From IMG/VR virus record IMGVR_UViG_3300027566_000003: 64,000 nt of DNA; one strand, 5' to 3'. Positions 8,826 through 16,974 of the stretch are shown here, piece after piece. Origin of the DNA: a virus. Its lineage: Duplodnaviria > Caudoviricetes. A program made the position numbers and the translations under genes. Below the pieces are notes generated by a model. The model did no database searches, was not told the DNA's origin, and worked only from the letters and a program-made list of their open reading frames with translations. Each line of letters opens with the position of its first letter. The first letter of the stretch is position 1.

Positions 8826-11624
8826 TTGATTAAGCAACAACAATTCTATGTTTTTCGTATTAAATCTTCTAGATTAAAAGAGTATAAGTATAATATAACA
8901 CTAACTCCAGATCAAGCAAGGAAAAACAAAGAACTAATATCTATTGGAGATAGTGAATTAATTAGACAAATCAGGAATCACATAGGGGTTGATACTGAAA
9001 AACTTCAAGAGTTAAATAAAATTAAGAAAATAATTAAATTTCAAAAATCATCAGACGCAAACATCAAAGCATTGGAAAATATTCAAAAACAAATTGATGA
9101 TATATTATTTGTTCCAGAAGTAATTGTAACAAATATAAATTCAAATAGTCAATATAAGAACATGTTTGCTGATAGTATAACTGTAAATAATAAGACTTTT
9201 AGACGTTTCATGTGTGGTAGTGGACATTCTCGTAACAGTAAAGTTATTTTTGTAGAAGAAGAAACTATTAATAGAATTAAATCAAAATTGGAAAATGGAT
9301 ATGATAATGAAAAAAACTTCAGTGCGAATAAGTTTAATGCTTATTTCGCACTCTACAGTAGTAGTACATATAAAGTAAGAAATTTAAAGTTCTGTGTTGT
9401 AAAAGACTTAGAGGTAAATATTAAAAGAAAAGTAGATTTTGTATTTCAGGATGAAGAAAAAACTTGGGTGGAAGAATTAGATAATCATTCAATAGACTTA
9501 AAACCTCATGATGGCGAAGGTATTTTAACAATACGTGGTGCAAAACTTTGGGCAGAGGATTTAGAAATTAATGATTATATTCCAGGATTTTTCGGAATCA
9601 GAAATTCGTTTATTAAAGGGATGCTAATTTCCTACCCAGTGGATGAGTACACTAATGAAATTTCTGGAACATGCAAATTTATTGATGCATGGGGTGCTGA
9701 AAGAGATTCTAGGGAATACGATATATTCCTGACCACTAGCCAACTAAAACTATGGAAGAATTATAAGTCACTTGAGGAATTTACTAAAAATTGCGAGGAT
9801 AATAATTTGTCTTGGGGAGTATGTCATGTAGCTCCCCAACGCAACAATAATTATTGCTTGACAAATTATCAGTATTTACAGACCTTAGATATGGAAGATA
9901 ATGATATTGAAGAACTTTGCAAATTTAATGTAGATTGGTTTAAAGATATTTTAGGTGCAGATGCTATTAAAACTTCTTTATATTTATTAGGCAAAGGTGT
10001 AGAAAAAATAGAAAACATAAATGACATTCATAATCCTATTGTAAAAGCAATCTTACTAAATAATACTCTAGCAAAAGACACATATATACAAACTAAAATA
10101 ATGAATAGTATAAGAAAAAAGATTCAACACTCTTATGCAGGAAAAGTTCTTATTCAAGGAAATTACCAAACTATGTTAGCAGACCCGTTTAGTTTATGCC
10201 AAAATATATTTGGTGAAAAACCGGAAGATTGTACAGGATTGCTTAATGAAGGAGAACATTATTCAGCATATTGGAATAATAAGAATGTTACAAGTGTTGA
10301 TGCGTGTAGAAGCCCTCTTACTCATTACTCAGAGCATAATATACTAAAACTTCAAAATCATAATGTGGTTAATCATTGGTATAGATATCAAACAACTGGT
10401 ATAATCTATCCAACACTAGGATTAGACACAATTCGTCATGCAGATTCAGATTTCGACCTAGATTTGGTATTTACTTCCAGTAATCCAGTATTCTTAAGAT
10501 GTTCTCACAAAGATACATTACCTATTACATACGAAAAGAAAACTGCTCCCATAGATAAACTTACAGAAGAAGCAATGTTTCAAGCCGATTTATTAAGTTT
10601 TAGTAATGATATAGGAACTATTACTAATTATTCTACAGATATGTATACTATGTTGGAACAATTTCATAAAGGAGGTAAATCACATAATACCATATTAGAG
10701 AGATTGAAAATAACTCGTATGCTCCAAGGGAATGCAATAGATAAATCAAAAGGTGTTCAGGTACAAGATTTCCCTAAAGATTGGATTACTTATCAAACAA
10801 TTAGATACAAGGATGAATGTGATGAAGATGGGAAAGTAATTAAAGGTAAAGAAAAGGATACACCAGAATCAATTAAAGAGAAAAAATTTCTAAATAAATT
10901 AGTTATTCATAGAAAACCATATTTTCAGGGATGGATATACCCTAAATATAGAAAGAAGTATTTAGAATATATAGAAAAAGCTAATTTATATTGTAAAGTA
11001 ATTTTTAAAATGTCTTTAGAACAACTTAAAGAAAAAAGAAGAAAAACACCAGAAGAAAATGATTATATGAGATTTCATTATCACAACCTACCACTTAGTA
11101 TATCTCCAAGTGTAATGAACAAATTGTGTTGGCATATGGAATATGCTTGTAAGGATATAAAAACAGAAGTAAGTATAGATAATAATGCTGATATTGTTGA
11201 AATATTAAAAGATAAAGATATAGAAAAAAATGATGTTACATTTTCAAAAGTTCTGAAGTTGTATAAAGATTTTTGTGGAAAGAAAAGAATTCATGAGAAA
11301 ACAAAGCAAAGATCATATACGAAAGATAAATATGATGAAGAATCATATGATGATTTACAATTATTTTATAAGCAAATACGCATTGAGGCATATAAAATAT
11401 GTTCAAACACCTCAGAATTAATAAATTATGCTACAGAAATAACTTATGAATTGCATCCAAAAGATAAGAAAGATTTCTTATGGGATGTATTTGGAAAAGA
11501 TGTTTTAGTAAATATAGAAAAAAATAAACAAGATAAAGTTTTTATTCCTATTTTAGATAACAATGGTACAATCGAATATTTAGGAGATAAATTCAAATTA
11601 CAGGAGGTTATATATGATATTTAA
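8826..11624 (+). CDS. yonO: single-subunit (YonO-type, RdRP-like two-barrel) DNA-dependent RNA polymerase
   Basis: 932 aa; DGEG, IRNSFIKGML, CRSP, metal-binding loop HADSDFDLD, IGTITN, QGNAIDKSK; position upstream of HU/YonK-like/terminase as in SPbeta. Confidence 0.88.
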   Translation: MIKQQQFYVFRIKSSRLKEYKYNITLTPDQARKNKELISIGDSELIRQIRNHIGVDTEKLQELNKIKKIIKFQKSSDANIKALENIQKQIDDILFVPEVIVTNINSNSQYKNMFADSITVNNKTFRRFMCGSGHSRNSKVIFVEEETINRIKSKLENGYDNEKNFSANKFNAYFALYSSSTYKVRNLKFCVVKDLEVNIKRKVDFVFQDEEKTWVEELDNHSIDLKPHDGEGILTIRGAKLWAEDLEINDYIPGFFGIRNSFIKGMLISYPVDEYTNEISGTCKFIDAWGAERDSREYDIFLTTSQLKLWKNYKSLEEFTKNCEDNNLSWGVCHVAPQRNNNYCLTNYQYLQTLDMEDNDIEELCKFNVDWFKDILGADAIKTSLYLLGKGVEKIENINDIHNPIVKAILLNNTLAKDTYIQTKIMNSIRKKIQHSYAGKVLIQGNYQTMLADPFSLCQNIFGEKPEDCTGLLNEGEHYSAYWNNKNVTSVDACRSPLTHYSEHNILKLQNHNVVNHWYRYQTTGIIYPTLGLDTIRHADSDFDLDLVFTSSNPVFLRCSHKDTLPITYEKKTAPIDKLTEEAMFQADLLSFSNDIGTITNYSTDMYTMLEQFHKGGKSHNTILERLKITRMLQGNAIDKSKGVQVQDFPKDWITYQTIRYKDECDEDGKVIKGKEKDTPESIKEKKFLNKLVIHRKPYFQGWIYPKYRKKYLEYIEKANLYCKVIFKMSLEQLKEKRRKTPEENDYMRFHYHNLPLSISPSVMNKLCWHMEYACKDIKTEVSIDNNADIVEILKDKDIEKNDVTFSKVLKLYKDFCGKKRIHEKTKQRSYTKDKYDEESYDDLQLFYKQIRIEAYKICSNTSELINYATEITYELHPKDKKDFLWDVFGKDVLVNIEKNKQDKVFIPILDNNGTIEYLGDKFKLQEVIYDI

Positions 11625-12426
11625 TGAATTAGAATATACTAAAAAAATGCTGATAAAAGGTTTTATCGGAGATAGATATACAATGGAGTTAAAAATATTA
11701 GCAAAGTATTATAATAAGATAAATGGATTAAAGACGGATGCAATCAAAGAAAAACTCAAGGAATTTTGTAAAAAGTTTTTACCAAAATATAATGAAGTAT
11801 TGCATTTAGAAATGATAATTAAAGCATCAAGGTATGGTGTTCAAAAGAAAAATACTTTAGTAGATATACCACCGATACCTATAACTAAGAGTGAGCTTGA
11901 TAAAATAGAATCTCTAAACGACACGAAATTAGAAACGATTGCATTTGTTGCCTTAGTATTAAGCAAGATGGATAAATATAGATTGAAAAAGAAAAGTAAG
12001 AAAGATGAATATTATTGTAATAATTTAAAAGAAATGTTTATAAATTCAAAGGTTAGAAGTGACAAAGAACAGAGAGAAGATTATATAGGAAAATTAAAAG
12101 AAACAGATTTGTTTGATTTGACTGTATTTGTAACATTAAAAGTTAATTTTGTTGATGAAACAAAAGAGCCTGAATTTACAATCGAAAAATATGAAAACTT
12201 TGTTTTAGAGTATTTGAGTTATAAAGGTGAAAATGTAGATTATTGTGTAAAATGTTGTTCTCCATTTCTGCCTACAAATGTTACTCATAAATACTGCCAA
12301 GAATGTGCAAAGGAAATTAGAAAAGAAAAAGTTCGTATAAATGTGCACAATTTCAGAGAAAAATCAAAATGTAATCATTCTGAAAACACCTGTAACACTG
12401 CTGTAACAATAGTTACAAGCACTTAA
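11614..12426 (+). CDS. conserved phage protein with C-terminal zinc finger, coupled to the RNAP gene
   Basis: Overlaps the RNAP stop by 11 nt; CVKC...YCQEC. Confidence 0.7.
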   Translation: MIFNELEYTKKMLIKGFIGDRYTMELKILAKYYNKINGLKTDAIKEKLKEFCKKFLPKYNEVLHLEMIIKASRYGVQKKNTLVDIPPIPITKSELDKIESLNDTKLETIAFVALVLSKMDKYRLKKKSKKDEYYCNNLKEMFINSKVRSDKEQREDYIGKLKETDLFDLTVFVTLKVNFVDETKEPEFTIEKYENFVLEYLSYKGENVDYCVKCCSPFLPTNVTHKYCQECAKEIRKEKVRINVHNFREKSKCNHSENTCNTAVTIVTST

Positions 12427-12587
12427 TGTAAATCCGTATATATGAATATAATAGAAATACAATTATAACAATGGTTTCAACCAATATTTAATTTATTATA
12501 TTCATAATTTGTAAGGTGTGGTCGATCACTTTGTAAATTTATAATAAAACAAAATAATAAACTCCAAAGGAGCATCAATATAACAAT

Positions 12588-12839
12588 TTGGAAAGAATCA
12601 CAAAAGAAGACATGTCATATTTAATACAAAAACAAGTTCTTAGACAGTCAAAAGGTAACTACGGAGACAATCTAGTGGTTACAGGTAAGTTTAGTAGTAA
12701 ACGTGGTAAACAGAGATTTGTAACAGATCCTTTATACAATTATCTTTCAAGATTAAAACAAGAAGAGATATTTGATTTAGATAAGATTAAGGATAATCAA
12801 AGGTATCTTTTTAGTGATAGTAGTGTAAATATCTCATGA
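12588..12839 (+). CDS. hypothetical protein
   Basis: TTG start, RBS AAGGAG. Confidence 0.65.
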   Translation: MERITKEDMSYLIQKQVLRQSKGNYGDNLVVTGKFSSKRGKQRFVTDPLYNYLSRLKQEEIFDLDKIKDNQRYLFSDSSVNIS

Positions 12840-12881
12840 ATAATAGTAATAATAAAATAAATTGCAGAGGAATGGTTTATA

Positions 12882-14132
12882 TTGCCCGATGAACCATACA
12901 CAATCAATCAACAATATATAGATTCGTGTGTATTAATGGATCACCCAAAAGAAGTTTTTGAAGAGTTTGATCATATCTTCCTTAGTGGTTATGTTGCAGG
13001 AGAGATGGACAATTTAAGGAAGAATGGAAAAACAGAAGAAACAAAATTTCAGGCCAGAAGAGCGTGTAGATATATAGATGCTAATGAGGACAAGATTACA
13101 TATCTTATTAGTGAGACTGATTACGATCTTCCAGAAAACTTTGATAAAGATAATATGGATAATAAAATAATCTCTATTTTATATAAAATGTGGAAAAATG
13201 ATAATAAATTTATTGCTTATAGTAATGACATATTGTTTAGGCAAAAATGTAAGGATTTAGGTATTCCTTATAGTAAATTTGAACCTACGGAATCTAATGG
13301 TGAAAAATACACAGGATATAAGACCATCCAAATGACAGAAAATGAACTTGCTAATTGGTATCAATCAGAAGCAAAATCAAATCTTTGGAATATGAATATC
13401 AATGAGTATTTATTAGTTCAGGTTAATAATGAAATAGTTGATAAATATCGTTGGACATCAAATGGGTTTAAAAGTATTGTAAAAAAAGATTTTAAAAGTA
13501 TGATGTTTGGAAATTTAAAACCAAAAGATATATACCAAGAGTTATGTATTGATAGTTTACATAATAATCAATTTACTGCTATTACAGGTAAACCAGGAAG
13601 TGGTAAATCACTTAGTAGTCTTATGTATATTATGTGGGCATTACAAAACCAAAAATATGATTCCTGCGTAATAATGTATAATCCCACAAAAGTTCGTGGT
13701 GCAGTTGATATGGGTTATTACAGTGGCAACTCCATAGAAAAGGGAATGCAACAGTTTATCGGCAATATGCTTATTACTAAATTTGGTGATAAAAGTATTG
13801 TGAATAATTTAATTACACAAGACAAGATTAGGTTGATTCCTATGGCAGATAGTAGAGGTATGGAGATAACTGATAATCAAATTCTTTATATAACTGAAGC
13901 TCAAAATACTACGCCTGATTTAATGAAACTTGCATTATCAAGATGTAGTAAAGATGCGAAAATCATTATAGAAGGTGATCCATATCAACAGGTAGATAAA
14001 ATAGATTATGTTGGAAGGAATAATGGTCTTCTACGAGCTATTGAAGTTTTCAAAAATGAAGATATGTTCGGATGTGTACATTTACCTAATATTTGGAGAA
14101 GTAGAATGGCAGATATATCTGATAAGATGTAA
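12882..14132 (+). CDS. phoH: PIN-PhoH (PhoH2-like) ATPase
   Basis: N-terminal YIDSCVL...MDNKII...SNDILFRQKC (PIN-like); GKPGSGKS, ITEAQN, IIIEGDPYQQVD, WRSRMA. Confidence 0.88.
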   Translation: MPDEPYTINQQYIDSCVLMDHPKEVFEEFDHIFLSGYVAGEMDNLRKNGKTEETKFQARRACRYIDANEDKITYLISETDYDLPENFDKDNMDNKIISILYKMWKNDNKFIAYSNDILFRQKCKDLGIPYSKFEPTESNGEKYTGYKTIQMTENELANWYQSEAKSNLWNMNINEYLLVQVNNEIVDKYRWTSNGFKSIVKKDFKSMMFGNLKPKDIYQELCIDSLHNNQFTAITGKPGSGKSLSSLMYIMWALQNQKYDSCVIMYNPTKVRGAVDMGYYSGNSIEKGMQQFIGNMLITKFGDKSIVNNLITQDKIRLIPMADSRGMEITDNQILYITEAQNTTPDLMKLALSRCSKDAKIIIEGDPYQQVDKIDYVGRNNGLLRAIEVFKNEDMFGCVHLPNIWRSRMADISDKM

Positions 14133-14384
14133 GGATTATTAATTTTTGCTCCCTCAGTCTGTTTCACTGTACGGAGTAAGGGGACAGACTGTTCATCTGT
14201 CGCCTCTTTAATTAACTTTAAGGAGGGTAGTAACAATCGAATCACTGAAGAGAGGTCTTTATGCTTAATAAAAAAGTATAATGCACCATGATTAAAAACA
14301 CATAGTCTGATACTCACAAGGTATACAGACTAAAATAACAAAAACAACAAAAACAAATTAAAATAAAAGGGGATAAAAATAAAC

Positions 14385-14663
14385 ATGAATAAAGAACAAC
14401 TCGTAGCGGTAGTAGCCCAAAAAATTAATACAACGAAAAAAGCATCTGACGAAGCAGTAACGGCAGTATTACAAGCAATTGAAGAAGCACTTGTAAATAA
14501 AGAAAAGGTATCTCTAACTGGATTCGGAACATTTTCTGTAAAAGATCGCGCAGAACGCAATGGTCGGAATCCGGCTACAAAAGAACCTATGGTAATTCCT
14601 GCAACTGTTGCTCCGCACTGGAAGGCTGGTAAAGTCCTTAGTGATAAGGTTAAAGGGAAATAA
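14385..14663 (+). CDS. hup: HU-family histone-like DNA-binding protein (YonN-like)
   Basis: MNKEQLV...GFGTFSVKDRAERNGRNPATKE signature. Confidence 0.95.
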   Translation: MNKEQLVAVVAQKINTTKKASDEAVTAVLQAIEEALVNKEKVSLTGFGTFSVKDRAERNGRNPATKEPMVIPATVAPHWKAGKVLSDKVKGK

Positions 14664-14676
14664 AGTAATTTACAGT

Positions 14677-14751
14677 GCTGGATTAGCTCAGTGGTAGAGC
14701 AGTTGCCTTGTAAGCATCATGTCATCCGTTCAAATAGGATATCCAGCTCCA
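14677..14751 (+). tRNA. tRNA-Thr(UGU)
   Basis: Acceptor GCTGGAT/ATCCAGC, D-arm GCTC-AGTGGTA-GAGC, anticodon loop CT-TGT-AA, TTCAAAT T-loop, encoded CCA. Confidence 0.9.
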
Positions 14752-14815
14752 TATAAATTAGCATAAGGCAAACTAATAATAAAAAATTAAAAATAAAAGG
14801 TGGAATAAATAAACA

Positions 14816-15031
14816 ATGGCAAAATCAAAACTTACAGAAACTAAGAAAATTACTCATAAACTAGCAACTGAAGGTGAATTAACTATTGAAAATAATATAG
14901 CAGTAATTAACATTCCCGACGAAGGTGTTAAAAATCTAATTGAGTTACTGAAAAATTTCTCAGGGAAATATGTTAAATTTTCTTTTACAGAAGAAGAAAT
15001 TGAAGATGTAGTTGGTGAGGATAATGGATAA
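14816..15031 (+). CDS. YonK-like small protein
   Basis: 71 aa, ...ELLKNFSGKYVKFSFTEE resembles SPbeta YonK from memory; syntenic after HU. Confidence 0.6.
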   Translation: MAKSKLTETKKITHKLATEGELTIENNIAVINIPDEGVKNLIELLKNFSGKYVKFSFTEEEIEDVVGEDNG

Positions 15032-15058
15032 GAAAAATCTGAATAATTAATCATACCT

Positions 15059-15193
15059 AACCACAATAAGGTTTGGAACAGGCATCCAACGCTCCAACAT
15101 ATGTTTTATATGAAGGATTAGAGATGTAGGAACTATATCAATAAGGATATAGAGTTTATAAAATAAACTGAGCGTCGCCCTACTATTGTGGTT
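15059..15193 (+). ncRNA. candidate multi-branched structured RNA
   Basis: AACCACAATA/TATTGTGGTT closing stem, ACGCTC/GAGCGT inner stem, three internal hairpins; no + strand ORF. Confidence 0.45.
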
Positions 15194-15203
15194 TGATTCG
15201 TTT

Positions 15204-15258
15204 TTAGAGAGTTAGGATAAAGTTATCATAGTTAGTAATTATTCTCCTAACTCTCTAA
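15204..15258. repeat. perfect 14-bp inverted repeat
   Basis: TTAGAGAGTTAGGA (15204-15217) / TCCTAACTCTCTAA (15245-15258). Confidence 0.85.
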
Positions 15259-15306
15259 CCTACTAATAATTTATCAAAATTTAAAATTAAAGGGGACAAA
15301 CAAAAC

Positions 15307-15948
15307 ATGACAACTGAAACAATGACAATCCATAAAGCATTATCTGAACTCAAAGTAATTGGTGCTAAAATTGATAAAACTATTTCCCAAGGAGTATATT
15401 GTAAAGCAAATAAACATTCCAACGACAAAATCAATGGTGTATCAGTAGAAGAATTCAAGACGCAAATTCAAGCTAGTTGGAACAAAGCCAATGACTTAAT
15501 CAGTCGCAGGAATGCCATTAAAAGAGCAACTGTTTTATCTAATGCTACTACAAAAGTAAAAATTGGCGATAATGAAATGACGGTAGCAGAAGCAATTGAG
15601 ATGAAAAATAGTGGAATGGCATATAAGAAAACTTTAATGAACACAATGAACCAACATTATGTACATTCTATTCAAATTATAGATAAAGAAAATGGAGAAA
15701 CATTAAATCAAAAAGCTGAAAATTATGTAATTGGATTATTTGGTTCAAAAGAAGGTAAGACAAATACTGATGAACTTGAAAAAGTTAGGAAAGAATTTAT
15801 TCTTAATAATTCATTTGAATTTGTAGATCCAATTAAAGTTAAGGAAAAAATTGATGAATTAGAGAAAGAAATTTCTGATTTTGAATCTGAGATCGATTCC
15901 ACGCTGAGCACATCAAATGCTCTGACTGTAATAGAAATTGAATATTAA
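15307..15948 (+). CDS. coiled-coil phage protein (DIP1984-like N-terminus)
   Basis: MTIHKALSELKVI...IKRATVLSNATTKV...MTVAEAI...IDSTLSTSNALTVIEI; mostly helical heptads. Confidence 0.75.
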   Translation: MTTETMTIHKALSELKVIGAKIDKTISQGVYCKANKHSNDKINGVSVEEFKTQIQASWNKANDLISRRNAIKRATVLSNATTKVKIGDNEMTVAEAIEMKNSGMAYKKTLMNTMNQHYVHSIQIIDKENGETLNQKAENYVIGLFGSKEGKTNTDELEKVRKEFILNNSFEFVDPIKVKEKIDELEKEISDFESEIDSTLSTSNALTVIEIEY

Positions 15949-15965
15949 TCCATAATCCTTAAGAA

Positions 15966-16323
15966 ATAACTACTTACTGTTTTCCGAAAACTTTAAACCA
16001 TAATTGACAAGTCTTTTATGTACTTAGACTGGTTTAATAAATATAAAGAAAGTACATATTATTTACATCTTTAACAGGATGTTTACTTTGAAAATTATAT
16101 GATTTAATTAAAATCAAATGATACAAAAGCAAAACAACAAAAATTCTGTAAAGATTAAAGTTTAAATCTAAACGCTTAAAGTTAAAAATTCAAAGTTTAT
16201 TATAAGTGTAAAGTTTAAGGTTTAAATAGTAAATAATAAAGATTGATTAAATCCCTGATAAAACGGTTTGGGATGATTATGCTTGCCCAAAAGTATCCGC
16301 AGGGCTGGAAAGCAGTAAGTTAT
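15966..16323 (+). ncRNA. candidate ~360-nt structured RNA with an internal ~7-nt periodic array
   Basis: ACTTACTGTTTTCC (15972-15985) pairs with GGAAAGCAGTAAGT (16307-16320); nested CCCTG/CAGGG and TTTGGG/CCCAAA; TAAAG(T/A)T-like units at ~16149-16244. Confidence 0.6.
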
Positions 16324-16724
16324 TATATAAATTTTGATTTATTAAAAGGAATTACGCCGACTGAATTAATTAAGACTTAATAAGATGTTTGTGAATACAC
16401 ATCTTACACATGAGAATAAAAGTTGTGTTTGACTACGGTTAAAAATACAATCTCTCATGGATACATACTTGGGGTTTAATCAAGAGACTCTATCTCATAT
16501 TTCGCCTTTATGGTGGTTATAAAAGTCGTTTGTGCTTTAGGCACGTTATATGGAGGCGTATGTCTCCCATCTAATATGGAAGGAGTTTCATAAACTGCCT
16601 TCAATAACAGAGTATGGAGTGTAAAGAAATTGTGTGACACAGTTAACTTTTCATTCTGTACTCTTATTTAATTTATTATACCCTCTCCCCTATTCTCTTA
16701 TAAGGAGATGAAATATAATAAAAG

Positions 16725-16907
16725 ATGAAGACAAATAAAATAGTAGAACAGCCTATTGAAAATAAATTAAACAAATACAATAATTATGATATTGAAAATG
16801 CTGATACTAAATGTCCGGTGTGTGGTAAATTACGTTTCTGGCTTAAATTTTATTGTAACGAAACAATTCTAAGATGTGAAGATTGTGGACATTTTGAGAA
16901 AATTTAA
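16725..16907 (+). CDS. small zinc-ribbon protein
   Basis: CPVCG...CEDCG; RBS AAGGAG. Confidence 0.6.
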   Translation: MKTNKIVEQPIENKLNKYNNYDIENADTKCPVCGKLRFWLKFYCNETILRCEDCGHFEKI

Positions 16908-16974
16908 TCCCCTATTGGTCGATTAGGGGATATTTTAATTTTGAAAATAAAATAACTTCTTTAGGAGAATTTAT

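Noticed and set aside
12511-12540. Fourth copy of the conserved leader module (GTCGAT hairpin, GTAA)
   Set aside because: GTAA is 9.5 nt from the core rather than 14.5, ATGGTT is far upstream and the second hairpin is absent.
14245-14300. Hammerhead ribozyme suggested by CTGAAGAG
   Set aside because: No GAAA core after a stem II and no compatible stems I/III.
14332-14372. A/C-rich AAAAAC repeats as a functional array
   Set aside because: Low-complexity unstructured spacer before an RBS; similar tracts occur at several intergenic sites.
16149-16244. CRISPR or TIGR-like array
   Set aside because: Units are ~7 nt with no unique spacers; no Cas or Nop-domain gene recognised. Kept as an RNA-internal array instead.
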